NCBI GenBank assembly: GCA_964473465.1
Contig: CAYYPE010000001.1
Span: 310,789-374,788 of the forward strand
Origin: an uncultured Hyphomicrobiales bacterium
Lineage (GTDB): Bacteria > Bacteroidota > Ignavibacteria > Kapaibacteriales > UBA2268
DNA: 64,000 nt
Reading direction: 5' to 3'
Positions 39,493 through 49,600 of this stretch are shown here, in pieces. The translations under genes and the position numbers were made by a program. The notes beneath the pieces are model-generated. The model searched no databases, was not told where the DNA came from, and saw nothing but the letters and a program-made list of their open reading frames with translations. How positions within the stretch are numbered: position 1 is the stretch's first letter; the number at the start of each line of letters is the position of its first letter.

Positions 39493-41323
39493 GACCAGAG
39501 GTGATTATGCCTCAAAAATAAGGCAGAATATATTTTTTGGTCTGACACTGCTTATATTTTCAATTTTTGTTATCAGGCTTGGCTATCTGCAACTGATCAA
39601 AGGTGGAAAATACCGATCTGAAACAGAGACACAAAGTCTTAAGCAGGAAGTTGTTGAGCCTTTCAGAGGTAACATCTACGACAGAAATAATAACTTACTT
39701 GTTCATGGTGAGCCTTCTTATACTGTTAGATTGACACCGAACGAATTTAAAGAATATAACCTGAAATTACTTGCTTATTGCCTTGGTATGGACACAACAT
39801 CTCTAATAAATATACTATTGAAAAATAAAAGGTATTCACAGTTTGACCAGATCAAAATAGTGCGGGATGTTGAACCAAGCAAAATTGCATTGATAGAAGA
39901 ACTCAGCGATATTCTTCAAGGGATTGACGTCTCAATAGAAACCAAAAGACTATATGAATTTAAGGGCAATATGTCTCATATACTTGGTTACACCCGAGAA
40001 ATCAGCATACCCCAGCTTGAAAGATATAGCTATTATAAAATGGGTGATGTCATAGGTCAGACCGGAATAGAATTTACTTATGAAAACTTTTTGAAGGGAA
40101 CGAAAGGAGTTCGCTGGGTAGCAGTTGATAGATTGGGCAGGAAATCGGATTTTAATTCAGGAAAGAGTGATATACCCGTTAATAACGGATTCGATATCAA
40201 ATTATCAGTTGATAGAGATTTACAAGAAAAAGCAGAAGAATTGATGAGCGACAAGCGAGGAGCTGTTGTTGCCATTGAACCATCGAGCGGAGAAGTTTTG
40301 TGTCTTGTAAGTAAACCGGATTACGATTTACGGGTATTTGCGGGAAACACAAAAAATAATTTTTACGGCGAATTGGAAGCTGATAAAGATAAGCCACTAT
40401 TCAATAGGGCACTTCAGGCTGCTTACCCACCCGGTTCAACTTGGAAAATGCTTGTTGCAATAGCCGGACTTAACGAGGGACTTATTAATGAAAATTCAAC
40501 AATATTCTGCGGTGGTTCCTTTAATTACGGGAACAGGAGTTATGGCTGTCATGGTTCTCATGGCTCGGTAAATGTAAGAAAGGCTATACAGGCGTCATGC
40601 AATGTGTTTTTCTATAATTTAGCTCTTAAAATCGGGATTGAAAAACTTGGCAAGTATGGAAAAATGTTTGGCTTCGGAGAGCTTTCGAAGATTGATCTGC
40701 CTGCAGAAGGCAAGGGAATAATGCCAACAATCGAATGGCTCGAAAAAAGATTTGGAAAAGGAAAATACCCAAAGGGAAGTATTGTAAATTATGGTATTGG
40801 GCAAGGCGAAATATCTGTTACACCACTTCAGATGGCAATATATACAGCGGCAATAGCCAACAAGGGTGTTATTTATCAACCCCACCTTGTCCGGGCGGTT
40901 AGGCGTGATTTGAGTGAAAAATGGAAAAACATTGATTATGATGTCAAAAGGTTAAATATAAATCCAAAAGTCTTTGATATAGTAATAAAGGGCATGTATG
41001 ATGTGGTAAATACTCCCGGAGGAACAGCTACTCATGCAATGTTACCTGATATAGCTATTTGTGGCAAGACCGGCACTGCTCAGAACCCACATGGAGATGA
41101 TCATTCCTGGTTCGTTTGTTTTGCTCCAATGGAGAATCCTAAAATTGCTATTTGTGTTCTGGTGGAGAATGCAGGATTTGGAGCTACTGTTGCCGCTCCA
41201 ATTGCAAGTCAATTAGTTGATACCTATCTGAATAAACCAAAAAAACCTGTCAAACATAAGAATCTTGAACAGATGCAGGATTCAACAAAAAATTCAATAA
41301 CGCAAAATGTAAAACCAAATTAA
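39473..41323 (+). CDS. mrdA: Penicillin-binding protein 2 (class B transpeptidase)
   Basis: N-terminal TM anchor, dimerisation domain, SxxK (PPGSTWKM), SxN (SCNVFF), KTGT (GKTGTAQ). The start overlaps the preceding gene by 20 nt. Confidence 0.8.
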   Translation: MINNLDKTRGDYASKIRQNIFFGLTLLIFSIFVIRLGYLQLIKGGKYRSETETQSLKQEVVEPFRGNIYDRNNNLLVHGEPSYTVRLTPNEFKEYNLKLLAYCLGMDTTSLINILLKNKRYSQFDQIKIVRDVEPSKIALIEELSDILQGIDVSIETKRLYEFKGNMSHILGYTREISIPQLERYSYYKMGDVIGQTGIEFTYENFLKGTKGVRWVAVDRLGRKSDFNSGKSDIPVNNGFDIKLSVDRDLQEKAEELMSDKRGAVVAIEPSSGEVLCLVSKPDYDLRVFAGNTKNNFYGELEADKDKPLFNRALQAAYPPGSTWKMLVAIAGLNEGLINENSTIFCGGSFNYGNRSYGCHGSHGSVNVRKAIQASCNVFFYNLALKIGIEKLGKYGKMFGFGELSKIDLPAEGKGIMPTIEWLEKRFGKGKYPKGSIVNYGIGQGEISVTPLQMAIYTAAIANKGVIYQPHLVRAVRRDLSEKWKNIDYDVKRLNINPKVFDIVIKGMYDVVNTPGGTATHAMLPDIAICGKTGTAQNPHGDDHSWFVCFAPMENPKIAICVLVENAGFGATVAAPIASQLVDTYLNKPKKPVKHKNLEQMQDSTKNSITQNVKPN

Positions 41324-41331
41324 TCATTTGG

Positions 41332-43041
41332 TTAAGTTTCTACATCATCATTTTTGATGTATGTCAAAAGTTCAAATTTTTCTCTGAATTGATTGAAAAC
41401 TGAATCTGGTGTGTCTCCATTAATATAAATTAACTCACAATCTGACTGATTTCGGTAAACCCATGAGTTAATAATTCTAAGCTCATTGGCTTCCTGTTTG
41501 TTTAAAGTTAAATTTCCGTTTTGACCATTATAATATATATTGTGTATCAGACTATGAACAAAATCCTCCTGAATATCTGAATTATTCAGGATAATCTGAT
41601 TAACAAGTTTACCATATTTGATAAAAAGACAATCTAATTTATCAATGGAGTTTGTTTTGTGCAAAATAATGATGTTATTATTATTGACCGAAACCGGAAA
41701 CAAATTTTTTTTCTGAAAGAGTTTCTTCAATTCCGTAATCTGATTTTTAATCAGGGAGGCTTTTTCAAAATCTAATTTATCAGAGTAATCGAGCATTTTA
41801 TGTTCGAGTTGTTTGACAATTCCATCGGAAAAACCTCCGAGAAAATATCTTACTTTGCTTACTTCTTCAAGGTATTCTTCTTCTGATATGATAGCGGAGC
41901 AAGGAGCCTCACACCTCTCAATCTGATAATAAAAACAATTTTTGTGATCAATATTCGGAGAGAGAGGGTTATCGCATTTGATTAATTTAAATTTTTTATT
42001 TATAGATTCAAGGATTTCATTGACGAAAATGGAACTGCTGAAAGGACCAAAGTACTCAGAAGAGTCATTATCAACTTCAAATGATAATTCAATTCTGGGA
42101 AATTTGTCTCCAGACGTAAGTTTAATGAAAGGGAATGACTTATCTCTTTTGTCTAAAGTATTATATGGTGGTTTTAGCTCCTTAATTTTCGTAGACTCCT
42201 TGATTAAAGCCATAAGTTCACTGCCGGTTTCTTCCCAAACGAGAAAATGGGAAAGCTTGAGCATTTCAGAAATTTTTCTTGATGTATATGGTTCATTGTT
42301 GAAATAAGAATTTACCCTGTCTTTTAATGATTTTGCTTTACCTATATATAATATGTTTTTGAATTTATCAAGAAAATAGTAAATACCCGGAGTTTCGGGC
42401 AATTGTTGAAGTTGATTTTCGAGTCGCTTGAAAACATTCAAAGGGGTTTTGTAATTGTAGATTTTTTTATTCTGGAACTTAAGAAGTTCATCAATATGGG
42501 CGATATTATGCTCTCGTTCAGCGATTTCGAGTAGTTCAATGAGAATCTGAGCAGTTGCGAGGGCATCGCCCAAAGCTCGATGTCTGCCATTAACAGTGAT
42601 GTTAAAATGATTTGCAAGGGAGCCAACATTTTTCTTTAAGTTCTTTCTTAATAACCTTCTTGAAAGTTTAAGAGTGCAAAGTCTCTTCAACTCAGGGGGT
42701 TCAAGATTACATCTTAAAAAGGTATTCAGAACAAAAGCCCAATCAAATTGAGCATTATGGGCAACAAAAACTGCATAATCCTGCTTGAAATAATTTTGAA
42801 GTTCATAAAATACTTCTTCGGCTTCAAGAGCAGTGAAGACCATTTCGTTTGAAATACCTGTCATTTTACTTATGAAAGGAGGTATAAACTGATGTGGATT
42901 TACTAAGGAGGTGTATGTTGATACAATTTCACCACCAATAGTTGTAACGCAACCGATATCAATAATCCTTTCATTGATTGGATTTCCGCCAGTTGTTTCG
43001 ACATCTACTACAATAAATGGTATATCCCAGATTGACTTCAT
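41332..43041 (-). CDS. DnaQ-like 3'-5' exonuclease fused to GIY-YIG (UvrC/Cho-like) nuclease
   Basis: Exo I FIVVDVETTGGNP, exo II/III (FVAHNAQFDWAF ... HRALGDALAT), then GIY-YIG (PGIYYFLDKFKNILYIGKAKSLKDRVNSY). 569 aa. Confidence 0.7.
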   Translation of the reverse strand: MKSIWDIPFIVVDVETTGGNPINERIIDIGCVTTIGGEIVSTYTSLVNPHQFIPPFISKMTGISNEMVFTALEAEEVFYELQNYFKQDYAVFVAHNAQFDWAFVLNTFLRCNLEPPELKRLCTLKLSRRLLRKNLKKNVGSLANHFNITVNGRHRALGDALATAQILIELLEIAEREHNIAHIDELLKFQNKKIYNYKTPLNVFKRLENQLQQLPETPGIYYFLDKFKNILYIGKAKSLKDRVNSYFNNEPYTSRKISEMLKLSHFLVWEETGSELMALIKESTKIKELKPPYNTLDKRDKSFPFIKLTSGDKFPRIELSFEVDNDSSEYFGPFSSSIFVNEILESINKKFKLIKCDNPLSPNIDHKNCFYYQIERCEAPCSAIISEEEYLEEVSKVRYFLGGFSDGIVKQLEHKMLDYSDKLDFEKASLIKNQITELKKLFQKKNLFPVSVNNNNIIILHKTNSIDKLDCLFIKYGKLVNQIILNNSDIQEDFVHSLIHNIYYNGQNGNLTLNKQEANELRIINSWVYRNQSDCELIYINGDTPDSVFNQFREKFELLTYIKNDDVET

Positions 43042-43136
43042 TGTATTGGATAATAAAACCGACCCCTAATTTAAGAAATAATATTGTTTTGTTTTCAAGA
43101 TTTTTAAAATTCTGTTGTCTTTACTGTTAAGAATTA

Positions 43137-43790
43137 TTAAGGATTCGGGGTTGTTTTTGCTTGTGTATCAGATTCAACACTGTGTAATAAATCTGACAAG
43201 GAATTAACACTATTAATATGATAAACATTTAGCCCAACCCTTCTTGCTCCATCAATGTTTTTAATAAAATCATCAATAAATAAAGTTTTTGATGGAATTA
43301 GAGAGTGCTTTTCAATGATGTAGTTGTAAGATGCAGGGTCAGGCTTTCTGAGGCCTATCCTGAAAGAAAAGAAGCATTCATCGAAAAGCCCGAACAATTC
43401 TGTGCATTCAGGATAGAACTTTGTGTAATGAATTTCACTGGTATTGCTAAATAGGAAAATTTTTCCATACTTTTTAAATCTTTTGATAATCTCAATTGAA
43501 TTATCATATAATCCTATGAGTGTTTCGTTCCAGATGGAAATAAGATCTTCATTTGATACACTAAGGCTGAATTCTGCTTTGAGTTTCTCAAGAAAAAATT
43601 CTGTAGAAATCTTACCACATTCGTAATCATTAAAAAGCTTATGATTGCTGTAATCCTGATATATCCCTTGTTCTCTGATGGAGGGATTCGAGCTGAGCTT
43701 ACATATATTTTTAATGGATATCTGTGTATCAATCTGATATAAAACACCACCGAAATCGAATATAAAGTTATCAATATTTGTATTATTCAT
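43137..43790 (-). CDS. HAD-superfamily hydrolase
   Basis: Motif I FIFDFGGVL (DxG), later KPDP and FIDD motifs. 217 aa. Confidence 0.6.
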   Translation of the reverse strand: MNNTNIDNFIFDFGGVLYQIDTQISIKNICKLSSNPSIREQGIYQDYSNHKLFNDYECGKISTEFFLEKLKAEFSLSVSNEDLISIWNETLIGLYDNSIEIIKRFKKYGKIFLFSNTSEIHYTKFYPECTELFGLFDECFFSFRIGLRKPDPASYNYIIEKHSLIPSKTLFIDDFIKNIDGARRVGLNVYHINSVNSLSDLLHSVESDTQAKTTPNP

Positions 43791-43793
43791 TAA

Positions 43794-45350
43794 TTAATCC
43801 TTTTTGAATCTTGCAATAAAAAAACCGTCACAATTGTGCAATGACGGAAGAAGAGTGATTTTATATGTGTCAGTTCCCGTGAAATGTATATTAATACCAA
43901 ATTTAGAAAAAGGCTCAATAAGGCTGTCAGGTTTGAAATCCGGGTGATTATCGAGGAAACTTGCAACTATGTCATCATTTTCCTGACTCATAATAGAGCA
44001 GGTTGAATAAACCATTATACCACCGGGTTTTACAAATTTAGAATAATACATAATGAGTTTCAACTGTTTTCTGGAGTGCTTTTCCAGAAGATCGCTGGTC
44101 AATCGCCATTTTGTTAATGGAAGCCTTCTTGAGGTTCCCATTCCAGAGCAAGGAGCATCAATCAGGACAAAATCGAATGTTCCTTTTAAATTATCAGGAA
44201 GGATGCCATTCTTATCGAAAAGAGTTTCAATAGAATTGAAGCGATGCTTATTAGCTCTTTTTCTGAGTTCTTTAAGTCTTAAAAAATCAGTATCGAAGGC
44301 AATAATTTTACCTGAATCTTGCTGAATATCTGCAATATGAAGAGTCTTTCCGCCAGCTCCTGCACAGGCGTCAAGGACAATGGACTTTTTTTCGGGAGCC
44401 AATGCAAATGATATTAACTGACTTCCCTCGTCCTGGACTTCAAAAAAACCATCTTTGAATAATGGATTTACGTTCAATTGAACTCTTTTTTCAAGAATCA
44501 AAGCCGAAGGTGAAAGTTTTGATTCAGAAACATTAATATTATTTGATTTCAAGTGGTTGCTTACAATTTCTTTATTCTGTATGAATTGATTTACTCTGAT
44601 AGAAGTTGGGGCTTGTTCTTTGAAAGCATTACATAAATTCATCACAAACTCGGTGCTTTCATAAGTGTTTATTAGATTGTCAATTATCCAGAGCGGCATG
44701 CAGGAATATGTTGCAAAAGCTATCTTCTCATCATTGCTGAAATTACTGTAATTTCTCTTTGAGAGAGTCTTTGAAATTCTTTTGAGTTCAGAAAAAACTG
44801 AAGAAATGCTTTCATAAATATTGACAGCGATATTATAATTTACATCGGCAAATAAACAAATGGAGTAGATTATTTCATTTTTTAGACTAACTGAATCATT
44901 GTAAAGTAAATTTAAATTGTCAAGTATTAATTTGCCTGAACTTCCAAGATGATTTTCATGGATAAGTGCTGCAGTAGAAGCTATAAGGAGTTTATACCAA
45001 TTCTGTTTGAACCTCTCAAAATAAATTTTATCAGACATTATAAGACAATAAGCAAATGAAATTGATTGGTCATAGGAAGAAATATCAGAAAAAAGATATT
45101 GGGAATCAAGATTACTATAATCGTCCAAAAGAAAGTCTTTCAGGGTTAATTCCATACAGTAAGCAGAAGCAGATAAATTACGAAGTGTTGCAAAAACTAT
45201 ATCAGATATAAATTTTCTTTCTTTGCTACCAATATATTTCTTTTGACGTAAGTATTCAGAAACCAATGAGTCTGTTGATTTATTTGATTTTAGAGCAATT
45301 AATAATAACTCTCCAGAATGAGAAATTAAAGTTTCTAATTTCATAAACAA
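43794..45350 (-). CDS. rRNA cytosine-C5 methyltransferase, RsmB/RsmF (NOL1/NOP2/Sun) family
   Basis: SAM motif DACAGAGGKT, catalytic LIDAPCSGMGTSRR (motif IV, PC) and TCS (motif VI). 518 aa with a long N-terminal extension. Confidence 0.75.
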   Translation of the reverse strand: MFMKLETLISHSGELLLIALKSNKSTDSLVSEYLRQKKYIGSKERKFISDIVFATLRNLSASAYCMELTLKDFLLDDYSNLDSQYLFSDISSYDQSISFAYCLIMSDKIYFERFKQNWYKLLIASTAALIHENHLGSSGKLILDNLNLLYNDSVSLKNEIIYSICLFADVNYNIAVNIYESISSVFSELKRISKTLSKRNYSNFSNDEKIAFATYSCMPLWIIDNLINTYESTEFVMNLCNAFKEQAPTSIRVNQFIQNKEIVSNHLKSNNINVSESKLSPSALILEKRVQLNVNPLFKDGFFEVQDEGSQLISFALAPEKKSIVLDACAGAGGKTLHIADIQQDSGKIIAFDTDFLRLKELRKRANKHRFNSIETLFDKNGILPDNLKGTFDFVLIDAPCSGMGTSRRLPLTKWRLTSDLLEKHSRKQLKLIMYYSKFVKPGGIMVYSTCSIMSQENDDIVASFLDNHPDFKPDSLIEPFSKFGINIHFTGTDTYKITLLPSLHNCDGFFIARFKKD

Positions 45351-45869
45351 TTTAAATGGAAAAGAAAAGTCAAATTTAAATTGTTTTTGCTACTAAATCA
45401 AAAAGAAACATAAAAACAAGTTAAAAAAGGGATGGATAATAGAAGTATTTTAATGATTTATAAAGAAATTATAAAAATTATATAATAATTTTTTGGAAAA
45501 TAATGCAATGGTAGTTATTTTTACACTTGCAGCATTAATAAGTTTCACAAAAAAGGCAAATAATAAGATAAGACCAATTTTTATTAAGATAAAGAAATAA
45601 TTTTTTTGAAAATATAATATTAAATAATAGTATTTTCTGTTCCAGAAATGATAAATAACTTATTAAATGGGGATAATTAGCATAGAAAACGTAATAAATA
45701 CAAAAAATAATATTTTATTTAGTGGAAAAACTTTTTTGAATTTTAAGATTAAAAGTTGTATTTTAGTTTTTATGTAAAATGTAAAAGTATGTTTTTCATA
45801 ATTTGAGGGAAGATTTATTTGGCATATATTTTGCAGTTTAGAATTGATTGTGAAATATAACTTGAAATG

Positions 45870-45887
45870 TGTGCAACAAATTGCACA
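45870..45887. promoter_or_regulatory. Perfect inverted repeat TGTGCAA-N4-TTGCACA, candidate operator
   Basis: Palindrome about 70 bp upstream of the first gene of the surface-protein island (ATG 45954). It resembles TGTG-N-CACA sites of CRP/FNR-type regulators but with N10 between the TGTG and CACA cores. Confidence 0.3.
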
Positions 45888-45953
45888 ACATTGTTATTTG
45901 ATATTTGGTTGAAAATTAGTTTATATTAAAACATAGTTTTTAGGAGTTTTATT

Positions 45954-46535
45954 ATGAAGAAAAGCATGATATACCTGTTGCTAATCGGACTTTTGGCCGC
46001 TTTCTCAGGTAGAGAGCTACTTGCTCAATACAAAATTGAGCGATGGGTGTTAGGTTCAGGTGGTATGGTGGAAGCCAAGAGTACCACGCACACTGTATCT
46101 GGTATGCTTGGTCAGATTGCCATAGAGAAAAGGTCTGGTACTTTCAATGGCAAAATGATTGATGTGTATCAAGGTTTCTGGGTTCCGATGGGAGTTGTAA
46201 CCGATGTAGATAACGAACCCAGATTTGATAATGCCTCGTTGTCTAACTTTCCAAACCCGGTTTCGAATCTAACAACAATAAGATTCGAAGTTCCAACATT
46301 CAGTTATGTAACATTGAAGGTTTATGATGTTGTTGGAAATGTTGTTAAAGTTTTGTTCGACGGATATTCAGATTCTGGCGCTCAGGATGTTTCCTGGGAT
46401 ACACGAGATAATTCTGGATTGGAAGTGTCCTCAGGTTCATATCTATATGAGTTATCGGTAAATCCCGCACAGATGGCTGGGGAGTCCGATATTAAGCCAT
46501 TTACATTAAGAAATATAATGGTCATCACTCGTTAA
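45954..46535 (+). CDS. Small secreted protein with T9SS C-terminal sorting domain
   Basis: Signal peptide. The C-terminal ~75 aa fit the Por_Secre_tail pattern (VTLKVYDVVGNVVKVLFDG...SGSYLYELSV...). Confidence 0.55.
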   Translation: MKKSMIYLLLIGLLAAFSGRELLAQYKIERWVLGSGGMVEAKSTTHTVSGMLGQIAIEKRSGTFNGKMIDVYQGFWVPMGVVTDVDNEPRFDNASLSNFPNPVSNLTTIRFEVPTFSYVTLKVYDVVGNVVKVLFDGYSDSGAQDVSWDTRDNSGLEVSSGSYLYELSVNPAQMAGESDIKPFTLRNIMVITR

Positions 46536-46605
46536 TTAGTTGAAAATTTTGAAAAAGAAAGTTAATAAATATTATTTATTTTGTATAACCGTTTAGGAGT
46601 AATTA

Positions 46606-49600
46606 ATGATGAAGAAGGTTTTACTTCTCAGCCTAATAGTTCTGATAAGTTTGATTGCTACTCCGTTTAGCAACGTTTTCGCACAGTTGCCAAAACAATT
46701 ATCGTGGCAAGGTTTTGTGCGTGATAACAACAACGCAGCTTTGAATCAATCGGTACCAATGACATTTGCCATTTATGAGCAAGAATTTGGCGGTTCACCG
46801 ATTTGGTTAGAAGTGCAGGAAGTTTCGGCAATAAATGGATATGTCAATGTTTATCTTGGCAAACAAAATCCATTGAATTTACCCTTCGACAAACAGTATT
46901 GGTTGCAAATTACCGTTGGTAACGGTAATCCGATGCCAAGAACAGCTTTAACACCTGTCCCTTATGCTTTGAAAGCATTGAATGCACCCCCCGATGGACC
47001 TGCAGGTGGTGATTTAACAGGTGATTATCCAAATCCATCAATTCGTGATGGTGCAGTAACACAGGCAAAATTGGATCCCAACGTACAGGCATTCCCAAGA
47101 GGGCCTGCAGGTGGCGATCTTGATGGTTCATATCCAAATCCGACAATTAAGCCATCAGCCGTTATTAGGAATATCACACCCGGTTCAATTACACAAGACA
47201 AACTTGCTCCAAACGTTACAGTTCCTCCAAGTGGTCCTGCAAGTGGAGATTTGACCGGTGTCTATCCTGATCCTTTGATTGCTCCTGGAGCAGTTAAAAC
47301 TGACAGGATTTTCAATGGTGCTGTTACAACAATCAAATTGGCCGATGGCGCAGTTACTACTGCTAAAATCGCTGATTTATCAGTAACAAACGGCAAACTT
47401 GCTCCAAATTCTGTCACAACAGACAAGATTGTTAACGGAACAATTTTACTCGAAGATTTAAACACAGAAGTTCATGACTGGTTTGTTAACTGGGGCGATT
47501 CAGCTGGCGGTGATTTATACGGAACATACCACAATCCTCAGGTTGGCGGTTTGAGAAATGTTCCAATCAATGCCACACCAGCAACAAATGGTCAGGTTTA
47601 CATGTATGATGGAAATACAAACCAATGGGTTGCCACAACGCTTGCACAAGATGTTGTTGGTGCCTTCAATAATAATCAGGTAAGAAGATTCTGGAACATT
47701 CCTTTATCAGCCCAACCAACTCAAACAGGTCAGGCATATATATATGATGGTGTTTTGAATCAATGGGCTCCCGGTGGTGCAACATTGGGCGATGTTCAGG
47801 GGTTATTCAATGACCTCCAGATTCAACCCAGTACTGTTGGTGTTCCTGAATTATTTGCTACCAAAGTTTCAGGCGTTCCAACAGGTAAACCAAACAGCAC
47901 AGCATGGAATGGTTCATTTTTATATTATGCTTATGATGCAACAGCTCCAGAAAGATTAACTTATTCAGCTCCAGCAGTTGATCAAACATCACCAGTCTGG
48001 GATGCAGTTAATCAAACATTTGTTTGGGGAACACCAGTAGTAAATGTACGTGCTCCTTCGCTTCAGGGAACAGGTTCTGTAGCTGATCCAATCCATATAA
48101 ACAGAAGTGCAGCATTCGTTCCTGCTGATGGTGCTGTCCTCTATTTCGATGGAACACCCGGAGTTGGTGAATGGCAAGCATCAAAAGTAAAGCCAAACAA
48201 CTTACATACAACAAATACAGCAAACATTTCAACAGATGGTTATGTTCTTACATGGAACAATACAACTGGTGCTATGGAATGGTCAGTTCCAGCAGCAACT
48301 GTTATAACATCAATGCCCGTAGTTGGTAATGGTTCAGCTGCTCAGCCAGTTACTCTTTCTACCGATGCAACTTTTGTTGCTCCGGATGATGTTTTACTAT
48401 TTGACGGTACAGCATGGGATGGAAGCAAATTAACAACAGCCAATTTCTTCCCAGCAAGCACAGATCTTGAAGTTATCGGTGCTCCTAATGCTATTTGGCC
48501 TGGTCAAGTTCTTGGTGTTGATGATGTTACAGGAACAACAGTTGTATGGAAAGACCCGGCAACAACCGATAACAATACATTAGAAGGTACAGGCGTTCCT
48601 TCAAATCCATTGCAGGTGAAAGCTGCTGGAATCACAGGCTACCACATTGCAAATCAAACAATTCTTCCACAGAACATTGCTCCCGGACCAAACGGTAAAG
48701 CATTGGTTTCTTCAGGTGGTGCAGTTGTTTGGGGGACACCTCAAATTTTCACAGCCAGCCCAATAGTTGGCGACGGTTCATCTGCCGCAACAGCAATCAC
48801 ATTGAATAAATCTGGCGTTGGTGCCAATGATTTATATTATTTCGATGGAACAGATTGGGTCCCCGGAAAGATTGCAACTGCTATGATAGTTGACGGTGCA
48901 GTAACTTCGCAGAAAATTGCTGATGGAACAATCGTAACAGCCGATTTGGCAGACGGTGCAGTAAACAGTGCAAAGATTCTTGACAATTCTGTTACAACTG
49001 ATGATATTACAGATGGTACAATAGCAACAGTTGATATTGCAAATAATGCAGTAACAACTCAAAAAATAGCTCCATCTGCTAATATTAACCAATTCTTGGT
49101 TACCGATAATCTTGGTAATTCAAATTGGGCGGCATTTAACAAATCGAGCAAATTCAGCGGTGATGGTGTTACTTCACCTCTTGATATCGCAGCTGGTGCA
49201 ATTACATCAACTGAATTAGCTGATGGTGCTGTAACAAGTGCCAAAATAGCCAACGGTACTATATTAAATGAAGACTTAGCAGCAAATTCAGTTAATTCAT
49301 CAAATATAGTTGATGGTTCAATTGTTGATGCTGATGTTAATTCAGCTGCAGCAATTGCTGGAACTAAAATTGACCCGAACTTTGGCTCACAAAATGTTGC
49401 AACAACTGGGACATTGGCAGCTGGTGCCACAACTATTACCGGAAATCTCACTTTAAACGGTAATGTTCTTGGTGCTAATAATATCGTTCTTGATGGCGAT
49501 GCAGCAGGCGGTGACTTAGCAGGCACTTATCCCAATCCGACAATTGCTCCCGGTGCAGTAGATTTAACAAACCTTGCTCCTGGAACAACAAATGGTCAAA

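Noticed and set aside
45508-45600. 30-aa ORF (MVVIFTLAALISFTKKANNKIRPIFIKIKK) in the 600-bp AT-rich spacer, considered as a small membrane peptide or type-I-toxin-like gene
   Set aside because: There is no convincing RBS or promoter. AT-rich sequence readily gives Ile/Lys/Phe-rich pseudo-peptides. It cannot be supported from sequence alone.
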